From the NCBI GenBank assembly GCA_903828515.1, contig CAIKMD010000007.1:1208706-1272705 (forward strand): a DNA stretch of 64,000 bases, in the 5' to 3' direction. A program made the position numbers and the translations under genes. The notes beneath the pieces were generated by a model. The model did not search any database. It saw only the letters and a list, made by a program, of their open reading frames with translations, and had not been told where the DNA came from. This document shows positions 1 to 10,618 of the stretch, one piece after another (the stretch's first letter is position 1; every line of letters begins with the position of its first letter). Source of the stretch: an uncultured Rhodospirillales bacterium. Its GTDB lineage: Bacteria; Pseudomonadota; Alphaproteobacteria; ATCC43930; CGMCC-115725.

Positions 1-1
1 C

Positions 2-1279
2 GCATGGCGACGCATCGCCTGGATCGCGCTCGTCGTGCTGTTGGTCGTGGTGGCGGGGTGGTGGCTCTATCAGCGCGCCGGAACGAAGGCGGCTCCCGGC
101 GGCCGGCCCGGCGCGGGCGTACCGTTGCCGGTGGCGGTCGCACCGGTCGCGCCCGGCGATATCAACATCGTCTACAACGCACTCGGCACGGTAACGCCGC
201 TCGCGACCGTCACGGTTAAGACGCAGATCAACGGTCAGCTCATCCAGATCGCCTTCACCGAAGGCCAGACGGTGCAGAAGGGTGATCTTCTCGCGGTGAT
301 CGATCCGCGCCCCTACGAACTCGCGTTGGCGCAGGCACAAGGACAGTTGGCGAAAGACCAGGCCCTGCTCAAGCAGGCCCAGACCGACCTCGTCCGCTAC
401 CAAACTTTGCTCAAGCAGGATTCGATCGCCGAGCAGACCGTCGCAACCCAGGCGGCGCTGGTTCAACAATATCAGGGGACCATCAAGACGGATCAGGGCG
501 TCGTCGACAATGCGAAGCTCAATGTCGCCTATTGCCATATCGTTTCGCCGATCACCGGCCGCGTCGGTTTGCGTCAGGTCGATCAGGGCAATTACGTCAC
601 CGCCGGCGATGCCAACGGCATCGTGGTCGTCACCCAGATGCAGCCGATCACCGTGCTGTTCAGCCTTCCAGAGGATGATCTTCCCGCAGTGGCCAAACGC
701 ACGAGCGCCGGCGCCATCCTGCCGGTGACCGCGAGCGATCGCAGCAACACGACGAAACTCGCGACCGGCAAGCTGGCAACCATCGACAATCAGATCGACA
801 CCACCACCGGCACAGTGAAATTCCGCGCTCAGTTCGACAACGCGGACGGTGTCTTGTTTCCCAATCAGTTCGTGAATATCGCGCTGCTGGTCGATACGGA
901 ACACGCGGCAGCGGTGATTCCGACGGCGGCGTTGCAGCGCGGCGCGCCCGGCACCTTCGTTTATGTCGTGAACCCTGACAGTACGGTCGCGGTGACCCCG
1001 ATCAAGGTCGGCCCGACCGAGGGCGAGCGCATGGCGGTTCGTTCCGGCCTGACGACCGATCAGAAAGTGGTGATCGACGGGGCCGATAAGCTGCGCGACA
1101 AAGCCAAGATCAGCATTCGTCAGGCGACGCCGTCGGCGAATTCCGCAGCACCCGCTGCACCGGCCGCGCCGGCGACGGACGCCCCCGCGCCGCGCGGCGG
1201 TCGCGGACGCCCGTCCGAACCGTCAACACCCGCAGCGCCCGCAGCAGCGCCAACGCCGCCGTCCGGCGAAGACCAATGA
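2..1279 (+). CDS. mdtA: RND efflux periplasmic adaptor (membrane fusion protein), MdtA-like; 5' end outside the window
   Basis: The frame is open from the first bases of the window (AWRRIAWIALVVLLVVVAGWW looks like the N-terminal TM anchor), so the ORF-table Met at 35 is probably internal. HlyD/MFP-type segments are present (KTQINGQLIQIAFTEGQTVQKGDLLAVIDPRPY; CHIVSPITGRVG). It sits directly upstream of two RND permease genes and has an Ala/Pro-rich C-terminal tail. Confidence 0.9.
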   Translation, partial: AWRRIAWIALVVLLVVVAGWWLYQRAGTKAAPGGRPGAGVPLPVAVAPVAPGDINIVYNALGTVTPLATVTVKTQINGQLIQIAFTEGQTVQKGDLLAVIDPRPYELALAQAQGQLAKDQALLKQAQTDLVRYQTLLKQDSIAEQTVATQAALVQQYQGTIKTDQGVVDNAKLNVAYCHIVSPITGRVGLRQVDQGNYVTAGDANGIVVVTQMQPITVLFSLPEDDLPAVAKRTSAGAILPVTASDRSNTTKLATGKLATIDNQIDTTTGTVKFRAQFDNADGVLFPNQFVNIALLVDTEHAAAVIPTAALQRGAPGTFVYVVNPDSTVAVTPIKVGPTEGERMAVRSGLTTDQKVVIDGADKLRDKAKISIRQATPSANSAAPAAPAAPATDAPAPRGGRGRPSEPSTPAAPAAAPTPPSGEDQ

Positions 1280-1312
1280 TCCGGGCGCCGCGGCGCGTGG
1301 GAATGTGAAGCG

Positions 1313-4300
1313 ATGAGTCCGTCGCGTCCGTTTATTCTACGGCCTGTCGCGACGTCTCTTCTCATGCTGGCCGTGGTGCTGGTCGGCATCATCGGTTACC
1401 AGTACCTGCCGCTCGCCGCATTGCCGGAAGTCGATTATCCGACCATTCAGGTTCAGACCTTTTATCCCGGCGCCAGTCCCGATGTGATGACCTCGTCGGT
1501 AACGGCGCCGCTCGAGGTTCAGTTCGGCCAGATGCCGAGCCTGAACGAGATGACGTCGACCAGTTCGGCCGGCGCATCCGTCCTTACCCTGCAGTTCACG
1601 CTCGATATCAGCCTCGATGTAGCCGAGCAGGAAGTGCAGGCGGCGATCAACGCGGCCGGCAATCTGCTGCCTGCCGACCTGCCGGCGCCGCCGATCTATG
1701 CCAAGGTCAATCCGGCGGATGCGCCGATTTTGATCCTGGCGCTGACCTCGACGACGATGCCGCTGCCCCAGGTCGAAGACATCGCCGATACGCGCCTTGC
1801 GCAAAAGATATCGCAGCTTCCGGGCGTCGGCCTCGTCACCATCGCCGGCGGCTTGCGTCCGGCGGTGCGGATCCAGGCCAATCTGCGCGCGCTTGCCGCT
1901 TATGGGCTCAACATCGACGATCTGCGCACCACGATCGGCAACGCCAACGTCAATACGCCCAAGGGCAATTTCGACGGGCCCACACGGGCCTATACGCTCA
2001 ATGCCAATGATCAGTTGAAAAGCGCGGACGATTATAAAAACCTGGTGATTGCCTATAAGGACGGCGCGCCGGTGCACCTGACCGACGTGGCGCAAATCGT
2101 CGACGGCGCCCAGAACACCAAGCTTGGCGCCTGGATGAATGCGACGCCGGCGGTGATCCTCAACATCCAGCGCCAGCCTGGTGCCAACGTGATCGCGGTG
2201 GTGGACGGCATCAAGGCGTTGTTGCCGCAGCTTCAGGCGTCGCTGCCGGCGTCCATCGACGTCGCGGTCCTGACCGACCGGACGGTGACGATCCGCTCCT
2301 CGGTGCGCGACGTCGAATTCGAGCTGGCGCTCGCGATCGGGCTCGTCGTCATGGTGATTTTCCTGTTCCTGCGCACGGTGCGCGCCACGATCATTCCGAG
2401 CCTGTCGGTTCCGCTGTCGATCGTCGGCACCTTCGCGGCGATGTATCTCCTCCATTTCAGCCTCAATAATCTGTCCCTGATGGCACTGACGATCGCGACC
2501 GGGTTCGTCGTCGACGACGCGATCGTCATGATCGAGAACATCAGTCGATATATCGAGGAAGGCGAGCGGCCGATGGCGGCGGCGCTGAAGGGCGCCGAAC
2601 AGATCGGCTTCACCATCGTGTCGCTGACCATCTCGCTGATCGCCGTGCTGATTCCGCTGTTGTTCATGGGCGATGTGGTCGGGCGGCTGTTCCGCGAATT
2701 CGCGATCACGCTGGCGGTGACGATCCTGATTTCGGCGGTGGTGTCGCTGACCCTCGTACCGATGCTGTGTGCGAGAATCTTGCGGCGAACCGACGAGGCG
2801 ACCGAAACCAAATTTGCCCGCTACAACCGGCAATCCTTCGACTGGGTCATCAACCGTTATGACGGCGCGCTCAACTGGGTGCTCGATCGCCAGGGACTGA
2901 CCCTTCTGGTCGCGATCGCGACGCTCGCATTGACCGCCTGGCTCTACATCATCATCCCGAAAGGGTTCTTCCCGGTGCAGGACACCGGACTGATCCAGGG
3001 TATTTCCCAAGCGTCGGAATCGATTTCCTTTACCGCGATGGCGGACCGCCAGACCGCGCTCGCTGACGCCATTCTCAAGGACCCCGACGTCGAGAGCCTG
3101 TCGTCGAATATCGGCGTCGACGGCACCAACATGACGCTCAATTCCGGCCGGTTTCTGATCAACCTGAAACCGATGGGAACCCGCAGCAGCGATGTCACCG
3201 CGATCATCCGCCGGCTGGAAGACGACATGAAAAGCGTGCCGGGAATTTCGCTTTTCATGCAGCCGGTACAGGATCTGACCATCGATGCGACGGTCAGCCG
3301 TTCGCAATATCGCATCATGGTCGAGGATGCCGATCCCGCTCAGCTCGTCGAGTGGGTGCCGAAGCTGGTCGACGCGCTGGCCGCGAAACCCGAATTCGCC
3401 GATGTTGCCAGTGACCAGCAGCAGCAGGGGCTGAGCGCCTATATCACCATCGACCGCAATACGGCCGGGCGTTTCGGGATCACGCCGGCGACGATCGACA
3501 ATGCGCTCTACGACGCTTTCGGCCAACGCATCATTTCGACGATCTTCACCCAGACCAACCAGTATCGCGTGATCCTGGAAGCGTCGCCCGCGTTGCAAGG
3601 CTCGATCGATTCATTGGGCACGATCTATTTGCCGGCATCGGGCTCGGCGACCGGGCAGGTGCCGCTCTCGGCGATCGCCACGGTGGATATCCGCAATGCC
3701 CCGTTGCAGATCAGCCATCTCGGTCAGTTTCCGGCGAACACGATCTCGTTCAATCTTGCCAATGGCATATCGCTCGGTGAGGCGGTTCAGGCGGTGGCGC
3801 AGACCGAGCGGGAGATCGGCATCCCGGACAGCATCATCACGGTTTACGAAGGAACCGCGCTGGCGTTCCAGAGCGCGCTCAAGAACGAGTTGTACCTGAT
3901 TCTGGCGGCGATTATCACCGTCTACATCGTGCTCGGCGTGCTTTACGAGAGTTTCGTCCATCCGATCACGATTCTGTCGACGCTGCCGTCGGCGGGCATC
4001 GGCGCGCTTTTGGGGTTGATGATCGCGGGCGACGACCTCGATATCGTCGCGATTATCGGCATCGTCCTGCTGATCGGCATCGTCAAGAAGAACGCGATCA
4101 TGATGATCGATTTCGCGCTCGATGCCGAACGCAACGAAGGCAAGGCGCCGCGCGACGCGATTCATCAGGCCTGTCTGCTGCGACTGCGCCCGATCCTGAT
4201 GACGACCATGGCCGCCATTCTCGGCGCGCTGCCCTTGATGCTCGGGACGGGGATCGGCTCCGAACTGCGCCGTCCCTTGGGCATCGCGATCGTCAGCGGC

Positions 4301-4432
4301 CTGATCGTGAGCCAGATGCTGACGCTTTTTACCACGCCGGTGATCTATCTCGCCTTCGACCGCCTGGGCCGTCGCCTCGCGCGTTTCGCGCCTGATACCG
4401 ACGAGCCGCCGAGCGAGAGGCCGGCGGAATGA
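1313..4432 (+). CDS. mdtB: RND multidrug efflux permease, MdtB-like (1039 aa)
   Basis: Typical AcrB/MdtB N-terminus ([41 protein letters not shown]), 12-TM layout with two large periplasmic loops, and a conserved [14 protein letters not shown] block. It is the first of two tandem RND permeases, the MdtABC hallmark. Confidence 0.95.
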   Translation: MSPSRPFILRPVATSLLMLAVVLVGIIGYQYLPLAALPEVDYPTIQVQTFYPGASPDVMTSSVTAPLEVQFGQMPSLNEMTSTSSAGASVLTLQFTLDISLDVAEQEVQAAINAAGNLLPADLPAPPIYAKVNPADAPILILALTSTTMPLPQVEDIADTRLAQKISQLPGVGLVTIAGGLRPAVRIQANLRALAAYGLNIDDLRTTIGNANVNTPKGNFDGPTRAYTLNANDQLKSADDYKNLVIAYKDGAPVHLTDVAQIVDGAQNTKLGAWMNATPAVILNIQRQPGANVIAVVDGIKALLPQLQASLPASIDVAVLTDRTVTIRSSVRDVEFELALAIGLVVMVIFLFLRTVRATIIPSLSVPLSIVGTFAAMYLLHFSLNNLSLMALTIATGFVVDDAIVMIENISRYIEEGERPMAAALKGAEQIGFTIVSLTISLIAVLIPLLFMGDVVGRLFREFAITLAVTILISAVVSLTLVPMLCARILRRTDEATETKFARYNRQSFDWVINRYDGALNWVLDRQGLTLLVAIATLALTAWLYIIIPKGFFPVQDTGLIQGISQASESISFTAMADRQTALADAILKDPDVESLSSNIGVDGTNMTLNSGRFLINLKPMGTRSSDVTAIIRRLEDDMKSVPGISLFMQPVQDLTIDATVSRSQYRIMVEDADPAQLVEWVPKLVDALAAKPEFADVASDQQQQGLSAYITIDRNTAGRFGITPATIDNALYDAFGQRIISTIFTQTNQYRVILEASPALQGSIDSLGTIYLPASGSATGQVPLSAIATVDIRNAPLQISHLGQFPANTISFNLANGISLGEAVQAVAQTEREIGIPDSIITVYEGTALAFQSALKNELYLILAAIITVYIVLGVLYESFVHPITILSTLPSAGIGALLGLMIAGDDLDIVAIIGIVLLIGIVKKNAIMMIDFALDAERNEGKAPRDAIHQACLLRLRPILMTTMAAILGALPLMLGTGIGSELRRPLGIAIVSGLIVSQMLTLFTTPVIYLAFDRLGRRLARFAPDTDEPPSERPAE

Positions 4433-7400
4433 ATTTTTCCGAAATCTTCGTGCGCCGCCCGGTGGCGACGACGCTGCTGACCTTCGGCATCGCGCTGGCG
4501 GGCATCGCCGCGTTTTTCCAGCTTCCCGTGTCGCCGTTACCACAGGTCGATTTTCCGACCATATCGGTGCGGGCATCGATGCCCGGCGCGAGCCCCGAAG
4601 TCATGGCGGCGACGGTCGCAACTCCGCTCGAGCGTCACCTCGGACAGATCGCTGACGTTACCGAGATCACCTCGTCGAGTTCGGTCGGTTCGGCGCGCGT
4701 CACGCTGCAATTCGGTTTGAACCGCGATATCAACGGCGCCGCGCGTGACGTTCAGGCCGCGATCAATGCCGCCCGGGCCGACCTGCCGACGAGCCTGCGG
4801 AGCAATCCGACCTATCGCAAGGTCAACCCGTCGGATGCGCCGATCGTCATCCTCGCGCTGAGTTCCAGCACGCTGACCCAAGGTCAGATCTACGACGCCG
4901 CGAATTCCGTCGTGCAGCAAAAACTCTCGCAGATCGATGGGGTCGGCGAGGTCGACGTCAGCGGCAGTTCTCTGCCGGCGGTGCGCGTCGAACTCAATCC
5001 GCAAGCGATGTTCAAATACGGCATCGGGCTCGAGGATGTTCGTGCGGCGCTCAGCGCGGCGAACGCTCATGCCCCCAAAGGCGCGATCGAGCAGAACGGA
5101 CAACACTTCCAGATATACACCAACGATCAGGCCAGCAAGGCCTTCGAGTACCGCCCGCTCGTGGTTGCCTATCGCAACGGCGCGGCGGTCCGCTTGTCGG
5201 ACATCGGGGAGGTTCTCGATTCGGTCGAGAATCTGCGCAATTTCGGCATGGCGGACGGACAGCCGTCGATCCTGGTGATGTTGTTCCGGACCCCGGGCGC
5301 CAACATCATCAATACGATCGATGCGATCAAGGCCCAGTTGCCGCTGCTCCAAAGCTCGATCTCGAGCGACATCACGATCACGCTCGCCCAGGATCGATCC
5401 AGCACCATCCGCGCCTCGCTCCACGATATCGAGCGGACGCTGATGATATCGGTCATCCTGGTGATCGGGGTGGTCTTCCTGTTTCTGCGCGATCCGCGCA
5501 CCAGCCTGATCCCACTGGTGGCGGTTCCGGTGTCGCTGATCGGCACGCTGGCCGTGATGTATCTGCTGGGCTTCAGCCTCGACAATTTGTCGCTGATGGC
5601 GCTGACCATTTCGACGGGGTTCGTGGTCGACGACGCCATCGTCGTCACCGAAAACATCACAAGGCATATCGAGGCGGGGATGCCGCGGCTTCAGGCGGCC
5701 CTGCAGGGCGCCCGCGAAGTCGGCTTCACGGTCCTGTCGATGAGTCTGTCGCTCATCGCGGTGTTCATCCCGATCCTTCTGATGGGCGGCATCATCGGCC
5801 GGCTGTTCCGCGAATTCGCGATGACCTTGTCGGTTGCGATCCTCGTGTCGTTGGCAATATCGCTGACCACCACGCCGATGATGTGCGCGCGGGTTCTCCG
5901 CCAGGCTTCCGACCGTCCGATGGGCATCGTTGGCCGCGCGAGTGCGCGCTCTTTCACGTTCGTCCAGAACCTCTATCGGGATTCGCTCGGCTGGGCGCTC
6001 GGCCACGCGGGTACGATGATGCTGATTCTGGCGGCGACGCTCTGCCTCAACGTCTTTCTGTTCACCATCGTACCGAAGGGCTTTTTCCCGCAGCAGGATA
6101 CCGGTCGGATCGTCGGCGGCATTCAGGCCGATCAGAGCATCTCCTTTCAGTTGATGAAGCAGAAGTTGATTCAGTTCCTCACCATCGTGCAAAAGGATCC
6201 CGCGGTCGAAACGGTCGCGGGGTTCACCGGTGGCGGACAGACCAATGGCGGCGGCGTCTTCCTCGCGCTGAAGCCCTTGAGCCAGCGCGATGCGTCGGCG
6301 GATGAAATCATCGCCCGGCTGCGGCGCGAACTCAATTCGGTGCCGGGGGCATCGCTGTTCCTCCAATCGGTACAGGACATCCGCGTCGGCGGACGCCAGA
6401 GCAATGCGCAGTTTCAATACACGCTGCAGGGCGACGATCTGGCGACGCTGTATGAGTGGGCGCCGAAGATCGCCACGGCGCTGCAAAGCGTTCCGGACAT
6501 CGCGGATGTCAATTCGGATCAGCAGCAAAAGGGACTGGAGACCGATCTGGTGATCGACCGCGCATCGGCGGCGCGGCTCGGCATCACGGTGAGTCAGATC
6601 GACAACACGCTTTACGATGCGTTCGGCCAGCGGCAGGTCTCGACGATCTTCAATCCGCTCAACCAATACCACGTCATCATGGAAGTCGCGCCGCGCTACT
6701 GGCAGGACCCTTCGATCCTCAAGGACATCTATATCAGCACCGCAGGCGCGGTGAAGGGAACGCAATCGACCAACGCCTTGGCCGGAACGACGGTGTCGTC
6801 GTCAGCCGCCGGGGCCGCCGGAACGCCGGCCGCCAGTCAGGATGCGGTGCGCAATGCGAGCACCAATTCGCTGACGACCATCGGCAAGGCGGGTGCATCG
6901 ACGGGCGCGGGGGTGAGCACCAGCGTCGAAACCATGGTCCCGCTCGCCGCGGTCAGCCGTTTCGGACCGGGGAACACGCCGCTCTCGGTCAGCCATCAGG
7001 GCACGTTCGTCGCGACGACGATCTCGTTCAATCTGGCGCCCGGGAAATCGTTGAGCGACGCTACGCAGGCCATCGCCGAAACAATGGCGAAGATCGGCGT
7101 GCCCGTGAGCATTCGCGGAACCTTCCAAGGCACCGCCAGCGTGTTTCAGGCGTCACTGGCGAGTGAACCGTTCCTGATCCTCACCGCGATCCTGACGGTC
7201 TATATCGTGCTGGGCGTTCTCTATGAGAGCTACATCCATCCGCTCACGATCCTGTCGACGCTGCCGTCGGCCGGCGTCGGCGCGGTGCTGGCGCTGCTGG
7301 TCGCCAAGATTCAATTCGATATCATCGGCCTGATCGGGGTGTTTCTGCTGATCGGCATCGTCAAGAAAAACGCGATCATGATGATCGATTTCGCGCTCGA

Positions 7401-7713
7401 TGCGCAGCGCACGCGTCATCTCACGCCGCACGACGCGATCTTCGAGGCCTGCCTGTTGCGGTTTCGCCCGATCATGATGACGACGATGGCCGCCATCCTG
7501 GGCGCGCTGCCGCTGGCGATCGGCATGGCCGAGGGAAGCGAGCTGCGCCGTCCGCTGGGCATCTCGATCATCGGCGGACTGATCGTCAGCCAGATGCTGA
7601 CGCTCTACACCACCCCGGTGATCTACATCTATCTCGACCGGTTCCGGCTCTGGGCGGGGGCTCGGCTGCGCTTCATACGGCGGCGCGTCGGCACGCTGGA
7701 AGGAAGTACATGA
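4429..7713 (+). CDS. mdtC: RND multidrug efflux permease, MdtC-like (1094 aa)
   Basis: Its ATG overlaps the mdtB stop (ATGA). Paralogous to mdtB ([41 protein letters not shown]; [14 protein letters not shown]). Carries an extra low-complexity insertion (see findings). Confidence 0.95.
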   Translation: MNFSEIFVRRPVATTLLTFGIALAGIAAFFQLPVSPLPQVDFPTISVRASMPGASPEVMAATVATPLERHLGQIADVTEITSSSSVGSARVTLQFGLNRDINGAARDVQAAINAARADLPTSLRSNPTYRKVNPSDAPIVILALSSSTLTQGQIYDAANSVVQQKLSQIDGVGEVDVSGSSLPAVRVELNPQAMFKYGIGLEDVRAALSAANAHAPKGAIEQNGQHFQIYTNDQASKAFEYRPLVVAYRNGAAVRLSDIGEVLDSVENLRNFGMADGQPSILVMLFRTPGANIINTIDAIKAQLPLLQSSISSDITITLAQDRSSTIRASLHDIERTLMISVILVIGVVFLFLRDPRTSLIPLVAVPVSLIGTLAVMYLLGFSLDNLSLMALTISTGFVVDDAIVVTENITRHIEAGMPRLQAALQGAREVGFTVLSMSLSLIAVFIPILLMGGIIGRLFREFAMTLSVAILVSLAISLTTTPMMCARVLRQASDRPMGIVGRASARSFTFVQNLYRDSLGWALGHAGTMMLILAATLCLNVFLFTIVPKGFFPQQDTGRIVGGIQADQSISFQLMKQKLIQFLTIVQKDPAVETVAGFTGGGQTNGGGVFLALKPLSQRDASADEIIARLRRELNSVPGASLFLQSVQDIRVGGRQSNAQFQYTLQGDDLATLYEWAPKIATALQSVPDIADVNSDQQQKGLETDLVIDRASAARLGITVSQIDNTLYDAFGQRQVSTIFNPLNQYHVIMEVAPRYWQDPSILKDIYISTAGAVKGTQSTNALAGTTVSSSAAGAAGTPAASQDAVRNASTNSLTTIGKAGASTGAGVSTSVETMVPLAAVSRFGPGNTPLSVSHQGTFVATTISFNLAPGKSLSDATQAIAETMAKIGVPVSIRGTFQGTASVFQASLASEPFLILTAILTVYIVLGVLYESYIHPLTILSTLPSAGVGAVLALLVAKIQFDIIGLIGVFLLIGIVKKNAIMMIDFALDAQRTRHLTPHDAIFEACLLRFRPIMMTTMAAILGALPLAIGMAEGSELRRPLGISIIGGLIVSQMLTLYTTPVIYIYLDRFRLWAGARLRFIRRRVGTLEGST

Positions 7714-9212
7714 CGTCTCTATCGCGCATTTTCGCCGCGCTCGCGGTGACCTCGCTCGGCGCCTGCGCCGTGGGGCCCGACTATCAAAAGCCGTCGGCGC
7801 CGGTTTCGCTCGAGTTCAAGGAAGTCGAAGGGTGGAAGCCGGCCCAGCCCGCGGTTGCCGCCAGCGGCGAGGCATGGTGGTCGGTCTATCAGGATCCCGT
7901 GCTCGACGGATTGGAGCGTCAGGTCGATGTCTCGAACCAGACCCTCAAGGCCTCGGAAGCCGCGTTTCGCGCCGCCGAGGCGATCGTCGCGCAAGCCGAT
8001 GCCGGCTATTTCCCGACCGTCAATCTGACCGGCTCGGCGATCCGCAGCGGCAATGGCGGTGGTACGGCGTCGCGCACGTCCACGACGACCACGAACCGGG
8101 GCGGCACGGCGCAAAACACCTTTGCGGTCGGTACGTCCGCGAGTTGGATCCCCGATATCTGGGGCGAGGTCCGCCGTCAGGTCGAGTCTAGCGTCGCGAC
8201 CGCCCAGGCAAGCGCCGCCGATGTCGCGGCCGCGCGGCTGGCAGCGCAATCCGCACTTGCCGCCGACTATTTCGAACTGCGCATGACCGACGACATCAAG
8301 CGGTTGCTCGATGCGACGGTCGATGCCTATGGCCGCTCGCTGCAGATCGTGCAGAACCGATACAATGTCGGCACCGCCGCGCGCACCGACCTTGCCTCGG
8401 CGCAGGCCCAGCTCGAAAACACCCGCGCGCTGGCGATCGCCACCGGGATTCAGCGCGCGCAATTCGAACACGCTATCTCCGTCCTGACCGGCAAGCCGCC
8501 GGGCGATTTCGGGATCACGCCGATGCTGACCAATTACGGCGTTCCGGTCGTGCCGGCGGGCGTGCCCTCGGCGTTGCTCGAACGCAACCCGACCATCGCC
8601 GCGGCCGAACGCGCGATGCAGGCGGCCAACGCGAATATCGGCGTGCAGATCGCAGGCTATTTTCCGAACGTCACGTTGGGCGCCGCCTACGGCCAGCAGA
8701 GTTCGATGCTGAACAAATTGTTCACCGCCGCGAGCAGCCTGTGGTCCTTCGGCCTGACCAGCGTCAGCCTGCCGATCTTCAATGGCGGATTGACAGCGGC
8801 GCAAGTGGCGCAGGCGCGGGCGCAATACGATCAGACGGTTGCCGAATATCGCCAAGCCGTGCTGACCGCGTTCGCCCAGGTCGAGGATCAGCTATCCAAT
8901 CTGCGCATTCTGCAACAGCAGGGCGATGTGCAGGCCGGCGCGGTTCAGGCCGCGAAACTCGCCGAACAGCTCACGATCAATCAGTATCGGGCCGGAATAT
9001 CCGACTACACTGCTGTGATCACCGCGCAGGCGACGGCGCTATCGAGCCAACAGGCTGCGCTCAATATTCTGCAAAGCCGTCTGGTAGCCAGCGTCAATTT
9101 GATCGTGGCGCTGGGCGGCGGCTGGGATACGCAGCAATTGCCGAACGCTGACCAGGTCAAGAATCCGCCCGACGCGCCACCGCCATCCGGGCCTAATCCG
9201 CCGGCGCCCTGA
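7710..9212 (+). CDS. RND efflux outer-membrane lipoprotein, NodT family
   Basis: ATGA overlap with mdtC. Signal peptide plus lipobox ([10 protein letters not shown]), then the family-typical AVGPDYQKP and two OEP-type coiled-coil repeats. Confidence 0.92.
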   Translation: MTSLSRIFAALAVTSLGACAVGPDYQKPSAPVSLEFKEVEGWKPAQPAVAASGEAWWSVYQDPVLDGLERQVDVSNQTLKASEAAFRAAEAIVAQADAGYFPTVNLTGSAIRSGNGGGTASRTSTTTTNRGGTAQNTFAVGTSASWIPDIWGEVRRQVESSVATAQASAADVAAARLAAQSALAADYFELRMTDDIKRLLDATVDAYGRSLQIVQNRYNVGTAARTDLASAQAQLENTRALAIATGIQRAQFEHAISVLTGKPPGDFGITPMLTNYGVPVVPAGVPSALLERNPTIAAAERAMQAANANIGVQIAGYFPNVTLGAAYGQQSSMLNKLFTAASSLWSFGLTSVSLPIFNGGLTAAQVAQARAQYDQTVAEYRQAVLTAFAQVEDQLSNLRILQQQGDVQAGAVQAAKLAEQLTINQYRAGISDYTAVITAQATALSSQQAALNILQSRLVASVNLIVALGGGWDTQQLPNADQVKNPPDAPPPSGPNPPAP

Positions 9213-9319
9213 TTCGTTCTTTCATGCGTAACGGTGGGCAGCAAGTGGGTTGCGCACGGGGCGACGCTGAGACTTAATGACGCCAATGTCGCGGCCGATC
9301 GCGCCGCCAAGGGAGGATT

Positions 9320-10438
9320 ATGATGGCTCAACGCACGACCCCGCCGTTCCGCGCCGATCATGTCGGCAGCCTGCTGCGCCCGAAGGCGCTCCACGATGCG
9401 CGCGAGCAGCGCAAGCGTAACGAGATCAGCGCCGACGATCTGCGGAAGGTCGAGGATCAGGCGATCCGCGACGTCGTCAAATTGCAGGAAGATCTCGGCT
9501 TCCAGGTCACGACCGATGGCGAATTCCGCCGTGCCTACTGGCATCTCGATTTCCTCGAGCAGTTCGCCAACGTCACGGTCGTCCCCCCGAGCATCAAGGC
9601 GAGCTTTCATACCCATGCCGGCGACATCCAGTTCGCGCCGCCCGGCATCCGCGTCGACGGCAAGCTGTCGCGTCCGCATCCGATCTTCGTCGACCATTTC
9701 AAGTTCCTGAAATCGGTGACCAAGGTCACGCCGAAGATCACCATCCCGGCGCCATCCAACATGCATTTCCGCGGCGGTCGCAAGGCGATCGACCAGAAGG
9801 CCTATCCTGATCTCGAGGCGTTCTACGACGATCTCGGCCGCGTCTATAGCGAGGAGGTGAGGGAACTCGGCGCAGCCGGCTGCCGCTACCTTCAGATCGA
9901 TGAGGTGAATTTCGCCTATCTCTGCGACCCCAAGCTGCGCGAGCAGGTGCAGAACATCGGCAGCGATCCGGCCACGCTGCCGCAGACCTATGCGAAGCTG
10001 ATCAATGCGTCGATCGCCGGCCGGCCCAAGGACATGACCGTCGCGATGCATCTCTGTCGCGGCAATTTCAAAAGCGCGTGGGTCGCCGAAGGCGGGTATG
10101 AACCCGTCGCCGACGTGTTGTTCAACCAAGTCGACGTCACCGGCTATTTCCTCGAATACGACGATGTCCGCTCGGGCGACTTTGCGCCGTTGCGTTTTGT
10201 CCCGAAAGGCAAGGTGGTGATCCTCGGCCTCGTGACCACGAAACTGCGCGCGCTCGAAACCAAGGACGAGATCAAGCGGCGCATCGAGGAGGCGGCGAAA
10301 TTCTGTCCGCTGGATCAGCTCGCCCTGAGCCCGCAATGCGGCTTTTCGAGCACCGTCGAAGGCAACGACGTCACCCTCGATAACGAGATTGAGAAGCTCC
10401 GTTTGGTCATGGAGGTCTCGAAAGAGGTCTGGGGCTGA
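9320..10438 (+). CDS. Cobalamin-independent methionine synthase-like protein (MetE C-terminal-domain family, ~370 aa form)
   Basis: N-terminal PPFRADHVGSLLRPKAL and putative Zn-ligand contexts (MHLCRGNF; LSPQCGFS) are characteristic of the short MetE-like family. A GGAGG-like SD (agggagg) lies upstream of the ATG. Confidence 0.8.
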   Translation: MMAQRTTPPFRADHVGSLLRPKALHDAREQRKRNEISADDLRKVEDQAIRDVVKLQEDLGFQVTTDGEFRRAYWHLDFLEQFANVTVVPPSIKASFHTHAGDIQFAPPGIRVDGKLSRPHPIFVDHFKFLKSVTKVTPKITIPAPSNMHFRGGRKAIDQKAYPDLEAFYDDLGRVYSEEVRELGAAGCRYLQIDEVNFAYLCDPKLREQVQNIGSDPATLPQTYAKLINASIAGRPKDMTVAMHLCRGNFKSAWVAEGGYEPVADVLFNQVDVTGYFLEYDDVRSGDFAPLRFVPKGKVVILGLVTTKLRALETKDEIKRRIEEAAKFCPLDQLALSPQCGFSSTVEGNDVTLDNEIEKLRLVMEVSKEVWG

Positions 10439-10618
10439 CTCGAAAAGTGGGCAAAATTGTCCCAATTCATCATGTTTTACAACGAATAAACAGGCATTAG
10501 CCCACATTGAATTCCCACCTTGTAAGTGGGCGAATTTAGGGTTGACCGGTGGCCTCTGCTGGCTTCGTATAGGCGGCGCGTAACGACGCGTAGAGAACGC
10601 CTAGGGGAGTGAACGGCC

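Noticed and set aside
1337-3598. 753-aa minus-strand ORF antisense to mdtB. Similar long antisense ORFs occur at 4537..6765, 3611..4576 and 7719..8855.
   Set aside because: The translations are extremely Arg/Gly/Asp/His-rich with no recognisable domains. They are the usual shadow ORFs of a high-GC genome, lying opposite well-supported RND and OMF genes.
9213-9319. Possible SAM-II, SAM-V or cobalamin riboswitch upstream of the MetE-like gene, and likewise in 10439..10618 upstream of the MTase-metK unit.
   Set aside because: I could not recognise the conserved cores or pseudoknot pairings by eye, and the spacers are short. This needs an Rfam covariance-model scan before any claim.
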